A program made the translations under genes and the position numbers. From a virus: a stretch of DNA of 64,000 nt. Below the pieces are notes generated by a model that did no database searches, was not told the origin of the DNA, and saw only the letters and a list, made by a program, of their open reading frames with translations. Every line of letters begins with the position of its first letter. Position 1 is the first letter of the stretch. The DNA lies in IMG/VR virus record IMGVR_UViG_3300028392_001993, positions 32,001 to 96,000 of that record. One strand, written 5' to 3'. Shown here one piece after another: positions 25,153 to 32,326 of this stretch.

Positions 25153-26187
25153 GTGCTAAAACTTAATTATTGTGAATTTTACATAACCAATGTATGCAAT
25201 TTGAACTGCTCGCGTTGCAATAGATTTAACAACTATGCGTTCTCCGGACATTATAAATGGAACGAGTATGCTGAGGTATACAAAAGTTGGTCAGAAAAAC
25301 TAGATGTTGGCAGAATTGGCATCTTGGGCGGTGAGCCTATGCTCAATCCCGAATTTGATGTATGGGTTGAAGAAATTGCTAAACTTTGGCCCAGGGCCTC
25401 CATATTGATTATAACCAATGGAACTCAATTTCACCGTTGGCCTATGTTGTATAAGTTGCTAGAAAAATATCAAGGCAGAGTCAGAATTGATATTAATCGC
25501 CATGATATAAATGCTGAGGCGGAAGTAGTTCGCAATGTTGAACAATTTTTTCCCGGAGATTACAAAAAGTTTTATGTCAATGACGGGTATTACACACAAG
25601 GCCCTGACCATGTTAAGCATTTTAATTTTGCAGATAACGGAATAAAATATGAGGTTTGGGAAGACCAAACATACAAACTTGCATGGAGAGATCACAATCA
25701 GATCTTTGTTAGATATGGTCTTGCAAATACATTTAGTAAGATACCAATAGAACGTTATGATGATCGAGTTAAATTAGTTTATTGGAGTGATCCAACCGCC
25801 GCTATATCTATTTGCGGTGGCAAAGAATCTCATCATTTTCTCAATGGTAAACTTTACAAATGTAATGTCTCTGCAATATTACCAAATTTTATCAAGCAAT
25901 TTGATGTTGCTATGACAGATCAACAAAAAGAGTTAATTGAATCTTATGAACCAGCAGAAATAACATGGAACAATGATAAATTAACAGAATTTGTTGAAGG
26001 GTTACGGCAGACTCGATGTATCGAGCAGTGTCGGTTATGTCCAGATGTGCTAGATGCAAAAGAGTTTCAAGCAGGTATTAAAAAGGTACATATAAAAAAA
26101 ATACAGAATTTGGAGAGTGAGAAGCATTGGCGACTTCAGGAGACTGTAAATCTTCCACCTTACGGTATACGGGGTTCGAATCCCTGA
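25153..26187 (+). CDS. Radical SAM protein; reading frame runs into tRNA-Tyr
   Basis: CNLNCSRC, LGGEP, ITNG, C-terminal C..C..C. Confidence 0.85.
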   Translation: MLKLNYCEFYITNVCNLNCSRCNRFNNYAFSGHYKWNEYAEVYKSWSEKLDVGRIGILGGEPMLNPEFDVWVEEIAKLWPRASILIITNGTQFHRWPMLYKLLEKYQGRVRIDINRHDINAEAEVVRNVEQFFPGDYKKFYVNDGYYTQGPDHVKHFNFADNGIKYEVWEDQTYKLAWRDHNQIFVRYGLANTFSKIPIERYDDRVKLVYWSDPTAAISICGGKESHHFLNGKLYKCNVSAILPNFIKQFDVAMTDQQKELIESYEPAEITWNNDKLTEFVEGLRQTRCIEQCRLCPDVLDAKEFQAGIKKVHIKKIQNLESEKHWRLQETVNLPPYGIRGSNP

Positions 26188-26197
26188 CTCTCCACCA
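26112..26197 (+). tRNA. trnY-GUA: tRNA-Tyr (GUA)
   Basis: GGAGA-CTGTAAA-TCTTC, long variable arm, CCA. Confidence 0.88.
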
Positions 26198-26205
26198 AAT
26201 AGTTG

Positions 26206-26234
26206 TTGACACAACCGCACGTTAACTATATAAT
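26206..26234 (+). promoter_or_regulatory. Sigma70-type promoter
   Basis: TTGACA-N17-TATAAT. Confidence 0.75.
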
Positions 26235-26242
26235 ACTATAAT

Positions 26243-26332
26243 GGAGACGTGGCCGAGTGGCCGATGGCACCGGATTACTAACCCGGCGAGGTAGCAATAC
26301 CTCCGTGAGTTCGAATCTCACCGTCTCCGCCA
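26243..26332 (+). tRNA. trnS-ACU: tRNA-Ser with rare ACU anticodon
   Basis: Ser-type GGAGACG acceptor, long variable arm, G73, loop TTACTAA. Confidence 0.85.
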
Positions 26333-26337
26333 AAAAT

Positions 26338-26574
26338 ATGACACTGACATTAAACGATTTGAAAGCGAATGACCAGGCTGTGATAGCCAGCGTCACTAAC
26401 GAACGACTACAACAAATGGGCATTGTGCCCACTAGGGTTGTGACTGTATTGAGACGCAAGCCTGGTTGTCTTCACATACGTGTGGGTAGCACTGAGTGGG
26501 CCATACGTGATCAAGACGCTCGGTCAGTAAAAATTATTCCACGGGAGCCGCCGGGTGTGGCAGCAGACTGTTAA
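26338..26574 (+). CDS. feoA: FeoA-domain protein; stop codon lies inside tRNA-Asn
   Basis: L.DL......V......RLQQMGIVP...V.V......L.I.V....AIR pattern. Confidence 0.7.
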   Translation: MTLTLNDLKANDQAVIASVTNERLQQMGIVPTRVVTVLRRKPGCLHIRVGSTEWAIRDQDARSVKIIPREPPGVAADC

Positions 26575-26618
26575 TCTGTGCGAAAGCAAGCTAGGTTCGA
26601 GCCCTAGCCGTGGAGCCA
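26538..26618 (+). tRNA. trnN-GUU: tRNA-Asn (GUU), atypical (11-nt variable arm, G8)
   Basis: TCCACGG/CCGTGGA acceptor, GCAGA-CTGTTAA-TCTGT, CCA. Confidence 0.82.
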
Positions 26619-26633
26619 ATCATAAATAACTAT

Positions 26634-27239
26634 ATGTATAAATGTATAGAATGTGATAAATCGTTTAATAGTATTATGGCATTGACTGGACATAAACGAA
26701 TGCACGGTCAATCCAATGGTAAATCTAAAAAAATATTTTGCTCTTGTTTGATTACTCGCATAGCAATGCCATATCAATATTTGGCAGAGTATCAAGCAAA
26801 ATTGATTGGGTGTAAACAATGTAATAAACTGTTTAAACCAGATAGCAACAAAAAAACTTTTTGTTCTCAATCCTGTGCCGCAACATATAATAATACTGTT
26901 TACGTAAAACGCCTGAAAAAAGAAAAGCCACCAAAGATCATTCGAGAGAAAAAAGTTTACACAGAAACTGAGAAAAAATCTAAAAACGTTTCGGCAGTTC
27001 AAGCATATCGTGCTAGAAAATACAGTGCAACATTACCAGACACAGATCGCAAACTTATCAACAAGATTTACGAAATGTGCCCAAACGGATACGAAGTAGA
27101 TCATATTATTGCATTAAGCGAAGGTGGGCCTCATCATCAAGACAATTTGCAATACCTTCCTGCTATGGAAAATAGACGAAAGAATAGAACGCAAAATTAC
27201 AATAGAAGCCTTGCTATCAATTGGCAAGATATGTTATAA
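26634..27239 (+). CDS. HNH homing endonuclease with N-terminal C2H2 zinc finger
   Basis: YKCIECDKSF....ALTGHKRMH; EVDHIIALSEGGPHHQDNLQYL...N; upstream CATAAATA. Confidence 0.85.
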   Translation: MYKCIECDKSFNSIMALTGHKRMHGQSNGKSKKIFCSCLITRIAMPYQYLAEYQAKLIGCKQCNKLFKPDSNKKTFCSQSCAATYNNTVYVKRLKKEKPPKIIREKKVYTETEKKSKNVSAVQAYRARKYSATLPDTDRKLINKIYEMCPNGYEVDHIIALSEGGPHHQDNLQYLPAMENRRKNRTQNYNRSLAINWQDML

Positions 27240-27252
27240 TAAGAAAAAATTT

Positions 27253-27328
27253 GCCCTTATAGCTCAGTTGGTAGAGCAACGGTTTTGTAAACCGTAGGTC
27301 CCGTGTTCGAGTCATGGTGGGGGCACCA
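27253..27328 (+). tRNA. trnT-UGU: tRNA-Thr (UGU)
   Basis: ACGGT-TTTGTAA-ACCGT, CCA. Confidence 0.92.
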
Positions 27329-27339
27329 AAGGAAATGTA

Positions 27340-27606
27340 ATGGCTAAACTACTGATAGTTACCTGGATCCCAGGCAAAGACGAATCTAAGAATCAAAAGT
27401 CAGAAACAGCAAGAAATATCAAACTAGGTATGATGTGTGTTAAGGGCAAAGTAAATCCTTTTGATTTTAAAGTAACAGACAAATTTACCACACAACGACG
27501 TTGGCGGGATCAAGAATCAGTAGACGAGTACATCAAATTTCTCTACGAATTAGAAACAAGATATGGTGGCCGGTTGGTCAAAATTCAAGTCAAAGATGTT
27601 GACTAA
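27340..27606 (+). CDS. Hypothetical protein
   Basis: AAGGA RBS, 88 aa. Confidence 0.6.
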   Translation: MAKLLIVTWIPGKDESKNQKSETARNIKLGMMCVKGKVNPFDFKVTDKFTTQRRWRDQESVDEYIKFLYELETRYGGRLVKIQVKDVD

Positions 27607-27627
27607 ACTGTGCAATCACAGTATAAT
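27599..27627 (+). promoter_or_regulatory. Sigma70-type promoter
   Basis: TTGACT-N17-TATAAT. Confidence 0.7.
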
Positions 27628-27635
27628 AAAAATAT

Positions 27636-27709
27636 GCGGAGTTGGCATATTGGTTGTGTCCCAGCCTTCCAAGCTGGTTAAACGAGTTCGATTCTCGTAC
27701 TCCGCTCCA
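27636..27709 (+). tRNA. trnG-UCC: tRNA-Gly (UCC)
   Basis: CCAGC-CTTCCAA-GCTGG, U73, CCA. Confidence 0.92.
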
Positions 27710-27719
27710 AAGGAACATT

Positions 27720-28079
27720 ATGGATTATTGGGGAAATCATCTTATATTAGATTGCAGTGGTTGTGATCCTGATCGAATCCGTGATCCTGTACTGTTAGAT
27801 CGCTGGATCAGAGCACTTGTGATTGACATAGACATGAAGGCACACGGCGAACCTATCATAACTTACAATGGCGAAGAGCCTTATCACTCAGGCTATACTG
27901 TGGTGCAAGTTATTACTACTTCCAGCATTGTGGCTCACTTTATTGACAACCCGGCTAGTTGTTATCTGGATGTGTTTAGTTGTAAACCATTTGACATAGA
28001 AAAAGTCAAGTCAAGTATGAGAATCACGTTCGGTGCTGAACGTATGCGACAGTATTATATCACGCGACAAGCGGATTAA
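27720..28079 (+). CDS. speD: S-adenosylmethionine decarboxylase proenzyme-like (class 1B)
   Basis: GNHLILDCSGC, SGYTVVQVITTSSIVAH, YLDVFSC motifs; AAGGA RBS before 27720. Confidence 0.8.
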   Translation: MDYWGNHLILDCSGCDPDRIRDPVLLDRWIRALVIDIDMKAHGEPIITYNGEEPYHSGYTVVQVITTSSIVAHFIDNPASCYLDVFSCKPFDIEKVKSSMRITFGAERMRQYYITRQAD

Positions 28080-28088
28080 GGAAAACAT

Positions 28089-28313
28089 ATGGACATGGAT
28101 CAAGCGGCTGTATTCTTAGCCGGCTCAATTTTGACAGCACTGGGCTTTATAGCCGTGGTGATTGGTCTTGTGGTGATTAATAATATCATTGCTCGATACT
28201 GGAAACCTGTTAGAATCTTTACCGAAGACAGTTGGCATGGTTTCAGCAGTTCAGCAAGATTTGCCGAGCCACAAGAAATTGAAAAAACACAAGAACCCAC
28301 ATTGAAGAAATAA
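28089..28313 (+). CDS. Small membrane protein
   Basis: Single TM segment, AAGGA RBS. Confidence 0.65.
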   Translation: MDMDQAAVFLAGSILTALGFIAVVIGLVVINNIIARYWKPVRIFTEDSWHGFSSSARFAEPQEIEKTQEPTLKK

Positions 28314-28314
28314 C

Positions 28315-28563
28315 ATGTGGAGTTATATCATAACTTTCTTTGCAGTATTTGCAACTGATTTGATTTACGTTTACTTTGTAAAGTCAATTCAAGACAATCG
28401 TCCACTCATGGCTGCATGGTGGTCGATGGCAGTGACATTCACAGCCAGTGTGGCAGTTATCAACTACACAGAAGATCACTGGGCCCTGATTCCAGCACTG
28501 GCGGGTGCCTACTGTGGCACATTGTTTGGCATGTGGATCAAAAGAAAAATCAACGGAGTATAG
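28315..28563 (+). CDS. Small multi-TM membrane protein; stop codon inside tRNA-Pro
   Basis: Three hydrophobic segments, GAYCGT motif. Confidence 0.65.
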   Translation: MWSYIITFFAVFATDLIYVYFVKSIQDNRPLMAAWWSMAVTFTASVAVINYTEDHWALIPALAGAYCGTLFGMWIKRKINGV

Positions 28564-28630
28564 CACAGCCTGGTAGTGCGCCTGGTTTGGGACCAGGAGG
28601 TCGTAGGTTCGATCCCTGCTACTCCGACCA
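28554..28630 (+). tRNA. trnP-UGG: tRNA-Pro (UGG)
   Basis: CGGAGTA acceptor, CCTGG-TTTGGGA-CCAGG, CCA. Confidence 0.92.
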
Positions 28631-28634
28631 ATAG

Positions 28635-28712
28635 GCAACGGTGGCAGAGAGGCCCAATGCATGGGATTGCAAATCCCAAAAGCCGCTGGTTCGAATCCAG
28701 CCCGTTGCTCCA
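28635..28712 (+). tRNA. trnC-GCA: tRNA-Cys (GCA)
   Basis: TGGGA-TTGCAAA-TCCCA, U73, CCA. Confidence 0.92.
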
Positions 28713-28717
28713 AACCA

Positions 28718-28809
28718 GGAAGATGATGCAGTGGCGTTGGTGCCGCGACTGGCCTTGAAAACCAGGTTCTCAGAAATGGGATGGGGTTCGACTCCTCCGT
28801 CTTCCGCCA
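28718..28809 (+). tRNA. trnS-UGA: tRNA-Ser (UGA)
   Basis: Loop CTTGAAA, long variable arm, G73, CCA. Confidence 0.88.
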
Positions 28810-28814
28810 AATAT

Positions 28815-28888
28815 GCCTCGTTCGTCTAATGGTAGGGCCGCGTCTTTACACGGCGCAGACGGCAGTTCGATTCTGTCACGAGGTACCA
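28815..28888 (+). tRNA. trnV-UAC: tRNA-Val (UAC)
   Basis: GCGTC-TTTACAC-GGCGC, CCA. Confidence 0.88.
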
Positions 28889-28889
28889 A

Positions 28890-29123
28890 TTATGCCTCTT
28901 TAGCTGATGTGGTCATAGCACCGGACTGAAAATCCGGGGAACCAGGGTCGGAACCTGGAGGAGGCACCACAAACGTAGTATCAAGTTGAAATTCTTTCTT
29001 GGGATTGATCAGCATGGCATTGAGTGTAAACTCGCGTGTGACTGTAGAATAGAATCGTTGTTGGTAAACACCTTGTGCCGCTTGGTACAAGGATAGCATA
29101 GCGTCATCAGCAGTTGTAATCAT
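28890..29123 (-). CDS. Small late protein antisense within the tRNA cluster
   Basis: TATAAATA on minus strand 5 nt before ATG 29123; frame continues antisense through tRNA-Phe. Confidence 0.45.
   Translation of the reverse strand: MITTADDAMLSLYQAAQGVYQQRFYSTVTREFTLNAMLINPKKEFQLDTTFVVPPPGSDPGSPDFQSGAMTTSAKEA
28894..28969 (+). tRNA. trnF-GAA: tRNA-Phe (GAA), variant T-loop
   Basis: CCGGA-CTGAAAA-TCCGG; T-loop GTCGGAA; CCA. Confidence 0.85.
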
Positions 29124-29136
29124 AAGCATATTTATA

Positions 29137-29211
29137 GCCTCCGTAGCTCAGTGGTAGAGCACGATCTTGATAAGGTCGGGGTCGGTGGATCGTTCCCACC
29201 CGGCGGCACCA
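29137..29211 (+). tRNA. trnI-GAU: tRNA-Ile (GAU), variant T-loop
   Basis: CGATC-TTGATAA-GGTCG; T-loop ATCGTTC; CCA. Confidence 0.88.
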
Positions 29212-29263
29212 ATTTTTTAAAAGGAGATCTGTCATGACAAGTGACAAGAGTGATAAGATTAGT

Positions 29264-29337
29264 GGGGGTGAAACTTTAAGGTGAAGTAACTGGCTTTTAA
29301 CCAGTAAAACTCGGATCGTTCCCGAGCACCCCTACCA
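29264..29337 (+). tRNA. trnK-UUU: tRNA-Lys (UUU), variant T-loop
   Basis: ACTGG-CTTTTAA-CCAGT; T-loop ATCGTTC; CCA. Confidence 0.85.
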
Positions 29338-29376
29338 TATAAAAACACATTTGACAACCAGGGTGTTTTTATATGG
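29335..29376 (+). repeat. Minimal stem-closed spacer element E7 between tRNA-Lys and tRNA-His
   Basis: CCATATAAAAACAC...GTGTTTTTATATGG, same arm family as E1-E5. Confidence 0.7.
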
Positions 29377-29451
29377 TGCGTGTCGTCAAGTGGTTAAGAC
29401 CTCGGATTGTGATTCCGATACACGTGGGTTCGAATCCCATCATGCACCCCA
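29375..29451 (+). tRNA. trnH-GUG: tRNA-His (GUG)
   Basis: G-1:C73, TCGGA-TTGTGAT-TCCGA, CCA. Confidence 0.92.
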
Positions 29452-29460
29452 AGTTTTTGT

Positions 29461-29534
29461 TCGGGAATAGTGTAATGGTAACACTACAGACTTTGACTCT
29501 GTCATTCTAGGTTCGACCCCTAGTTCCCGTGCCA
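29461..29534 (+). tRNA. trnQ-UUG: tRNA-Gln (UUG)
   Basis: ACAGA-CTTTGAC-TCTGT, CCA. Confidence 0.9.
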
Positions 29535-29541
29535 GTATTCA

Positions 29542-29618
29542 GCCCCGATGACGGAATTGGTATACGTGTTGGTCTTAGAAGCCAAATTTTGCGAGTTCGA
29601 GTCTCGCTTGGGGCACCA
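29542..29618 (+). tRNA. trnL-UAG: tRNA-Leu (UAG) lacking the long variable arm
   Basis: TTGGT-CTTAGAA-GCCAA then ATTTT directly into the T-arm; A73, CCA. Confidence 0.85.
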
Positions 29619-29632
29619 TTAATAAAACTGTA

Positions 29633-30130
29633 ATGTCTACAGAGTTAAATAAAAGGCAAATGATGAAAAAACTAGACATTGACCAAGTGGCAGCGTTTAT
29701 CCGTGGCCAAACTCCCGAAACTCGAATCTATCTTGGTTGTGATAGTGAACGTGTGAAAGTTGACGGTAAATGGTATGCTGATTACATTCTTGCTATTGTA
29801 GTCCACATCAACGGCAACAACGGTTGCAAACTGTTTGGTGAAGTACAACGTGAACGCGACTGGGATCAACGGGCATCACGGCCAGCGTTGCGATTAATGA
29901 CCGAAGTTTACAAAGTAAGTGAATTATACTTGAAACTTGAAGAAGTGCTAGACGGTCGTGAGGTTGAAGTCCATCTTGATATTAACCCAGACGAGATGTA
30001 TGGCTCAAGTTGTGTGATCAGCCAAGCCGTTGGTTACATCAAAGGTGTATGCAATGTTATACCTTTTGTCAAGCCAGAAGCGTTTGCGGCTAGTTATGCC
30101 GCAGATAGATTCAAGAGTCTAGCGGCATAA
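29633..30130 (+). CDS. RNase H-like YkuK/DUF458 family protein
   Basis: IYLGCDS...AIVVH...LMTEV...EVHLDIN...VKPEAFAASYAAD; true start probably 29660-29663. Confidence 0.75.
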   Translation: MSTELNKRQMMKKLDIDQVAAFIRGQTPETRIYLGCDSERVKVDGKWYADYILAIVVHINGNNGCKLFGEVQRERDWDQRASRPALRLMTEVYKVSELYLKLEEVLDGREVEVHLDINPDEMYGSSCVISQAVGYIKGVCNVIPFVKPEAFAASYAADRFKSLAA

Positions 30131-30136
30131 GTTAAT

Positions 30137-30211
30137 GCAGGATTAATTCAGTGGTAGAATGTCTCGTTGCCAACGAGAATGTCATCGGTTCGAACCCGAT
30201 ATCCTGCTCCA
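30137..30211 (+). tRNA. trnG-GCC: tRNA-Gly (GCC)
   Basis: TCTCG-TTGCCAA-CGAGA, U73, CCA. Confidence 0.92.
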
Positions 30212-30215
30212 AGTT

Positions 30216-30398
30216 TAAAGAAAGTGTGTTAGAAACAGATCGACTATCGGCCCAACTACTAGGGATCTAGTTAATCCAGCGCCGCTGAACGGGCGAGAGC
30301 CGCGGTAGACTGCTAGTCACAGTCGTGTCATGTTGCTGGAGGGAAGGGAGTGCAGTCTTGTATTCCGAACCCTTAAACATCAGGTAGTACTTTCTTTA
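30216..30398 (+). ncRNA. Structured spacer RNA candidate E8 (~180 nt)
   Basis: Closing helix TAAAGAAAGTG/TACTTTCTTTA; GC-richer non-coding interior between two tRNAs. Confidence 0.5.
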
Positions 30399-30404
30399 TT
30401 TCAT

Positions 30405-30478
30405 GCTCCTATAGTATAAAGGTATTACACGGCATTGGTAATGCCGAAACGGAGGATCGTTACCCCCTAGGAGCACCA
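30405..30478 (+). tRNA. trnT-GGU: tRNA-Thr (GGU), variant T-loop
   Basis: CGGCA-TTGGTAA-TGCCG; T-loop ATCGTTA; CCA. Confidence 0.85.
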
Positions 30479-30481
30479 GTT

Positions 30482-30556
30482 CGGCCTTTAGTTCAACGGA
30501 TAGAATACGTGGCTTCGAACCATGTGATGGGAGTTCGATTCTCTCAGGGTCGGCCA
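30482..30556 (+). tRNA. trnR-UCG: tRNA-Arg (UCG)
   Basis: CGTGG-CTTCGAA-CCATG, CCA. Confidence 0.88.
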
Positions 30557-31597
30557 TCTATGTTCATATATTCGACGAACAGTTGATTCAAATTGATTTC
30601 TTGATTTTGGGTCTTGTTTGACTGACTGTATGGTGTCACATAATTTTTTTACAAATTGTTTTTGTGTTGGAGTTATTTGATACTGCTCGCATTGATCTTG
30701 TAGCATGTTGACCATGTCAATTCGTTCTTGCTTTGAAAATATTGCCCACCCAAGGTATTCGGGTTGAATCAAGTTGGTCACTCTAGTTGGTCTACGTTGT
30801 CGATTGCACCAATCCAGTGTGGGTACTAGTTGTTGTATGTTGAGTGCCTGTACAACAAAGTGAAAATTTATATCAGCCTCGGGCAATTGTTTAATCAACT
30901 GACTGGTATTATTGACAAAGTTATCCCATACAGCAGGATAACGCATGATTTCATAACCTTCTTTATATCCGTCTACACTGATTTGTAATTCTAAATTTTT
31001 GATTTGCTTTAGCCGGTCAAGATGTGAGTCTAGTATTACAGTGGCATTGGTCACAATGCGAAGTGATATTTGCTGTGCTATCACAAAATCCATAATTTCT
31101 AAATTGCCCTTGGTCAAGAAAAATTCGCCACCAATTATACTGATGCTTTCAATGTTATTGACTTTGGACAGCATCTCTAGTTGTTGTTGGGCAGTGTTGT
31201 TTTCGCGACTGAGATCAATGTTTTCTATTCCGATAATGAATCGTTCTTTGGATAGCGCGGTACTATACGGTGGCGAACACATTATACATTTTAAATTGCA
31301 CACATTGCTGGGCATGAGTTCATATCGAACTCCTGATATGTTGCTTAACGCCTGATTGGCATGATGTCTGTAACTGGTTTGATTCTGTGCCTCTTGGTGT
31401 TGACACACCGTACACCCATCGGGCCAATCAGTAGCCGATTGTAACTGTTGTATTTCGTTGCTGGCGTAATATTGTTCCAAGGTTTGATAGTGCTGGTCGG
31501 TTTTATAAACACAACAAGGCAAAATTTTTACTTGGGAATCTGGAGTGGTATCAAAACGAATATTGTGATGGATGGCCGCACAACGAAAATCAGTCAT
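30488..31597 (-). CDS. Radical SAM protein (twitch-like N-terminus); 3' end antisense through tRNA-Arg
   Basis: PCC...C.VC; CNLKCIMC; IGGE; ISVDG; start at MTDFRC after TAAATA. Confidence 0.85.
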   Translation of the reverse strand: MTDFRCAAIHHNIRFDTTPDSQVKILPCCVYKTDQHYQTLEQYYASNEIQQLQSATDWPDGCTVCQHQEAQNQTSYRHHANQALSNISGVRYELMPSNVCNLKCIMCSPPYSTALSKERFIIGIENIDLSRENNTAQQQLEMLSKVNNIESISIIGGEFFLTKGNLEIMDFVIAQQISLRIVTNATVILDSHLDRLKQIKNLELQISVDGYKEGYEIMRYPAVWDNFVNNTSQLIKQLPEADINFHFVVQALNIQQLVPTLDWCNRQRRPTRVTNLIQPEYLGWAIFSKQERIDMVNMLQDQCEQYQITPTQKQFVKKLCDTIQSVKQDPKSRNQFESTVRRIYEHRWPTLRESNSHHMVRSHVFYPLN

Positions 31598-31701
31598 ACA
31601 ATATTTACTCACTATTATCCTCATAGAAAAATTCAATAACAAAATGCCTTGACTTAGGCAATTACTATACTATATAATAGTGTTGTCTACAAGGAGGAAA
31701 T

Positions 31702-32139
31702 ATGACACAATCTGTAAAAGGTACACTTACCGAAGAAAACTTAAAAGCGGCATTTGCCGGAGAAAGCCAGGCCAATCGCCGTTATCTGTATTTTGCAAAC
31801 ATGGCCGATGTGGCCGGCGACAATGACATCTCGGCCCTGTTCCGTAGCACAGCCGAAGGCGAAACAGGCCACGCACACGGTCACATGGAATACCTGATTG
31901 ATGGTGGTTCGGGAGATCCTGCCACAGGCATGGCAGCCAAGACCACTGCTGAAGCATTAGAATCAGCCATACACGGCGAAACACATGAGTACACCGACAT
32001 GTATCCAGGCATGGCAAAAACGGCCCGTGATGAAGGGTTAGATGAGATTGCCGACTGGTTTGAAACCCTGGCCAAAGCCGAACGTTCACATGCCAACCGC
32101 TTTACCAAAGCCTTGACTGCTCACAAAGAAGCACAATAA
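31702..32139 (+). CDS. rbr: Rubrerythrin (ferritin-like diiron domain only)
   Basis: [16 protein letters not shown]...E.GHA.GH...GET.E...Y...A..E..HA motifs; AAGGAGG RBS. Confidence 0.9.
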   Translation: MTQSVKGTLTEENLKAAFAGESQANRRYLYFANMADVAGDNDISALFRSTAEGETGHAHGHMEYLIDGGSGDPATGMAAKTTAEALESAIHGETHEYTDMYPGMAKTARDEGLDEIADWFETLAKAERSHANRFTKALTAHKEAQ

Positions 32140-32147
32140 GGACTGAT

Positions 32148-32276
32148 ATGGAATACGTATGCACTGTATGTGGACATGTCCACAATGAAGAGACAGAGGG
32201 CAAGTTTGAAGATTTGCCAAAATACTATAACTGTCCAGGGTGTGGTTGCGGTAAAGAAGAATATCAGCCATTATAA
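32148..32276 (+). CDS. Rubredoxin (42 aa), absent from the ORF track
   Basis: MEYVCTVCGH...LP....CPGCG..K: two CxxC knuckles. Confidence 0.85.
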   Translation: MEYVCTVCGHVHNEETEGKFEDLPKYYNCPGCGCGKEEYQPL

Positions 32277-32277
32277 C

Positions 32278-32306
32278 TTGACAATGATGTAGGACTATGT
32301 TACAAT
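32278..32306 (+). promoter_or_regulatory. Sigma70-type promoter
   Basis: TTGACA-N17-TACAAT. Confidence 0.7.
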
Positions 32307-32326
32307 AGTTCTACATTATTACACAG

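Noticed and set aside
26257-26337. N-terminal extension of the FeoA ORF given in the track
   Set aside because: This sequence is tRNA-Ser; the protein start was moved to 26338
26243-26618. Selenocysteine tRNA among the long-armed atypical tRNAs
   Set aside because: Anticodons are ACU and GUU, not UCA, and the acceptor stems are 7 bp
27563-28829. Short ORFs 27563..27766, 28384..28713, 28416..28634, 28576..28758, 28619..28810, 28641..28829
   Set aside because: Artefacts of the stop-poor tRNA sequences they overlap
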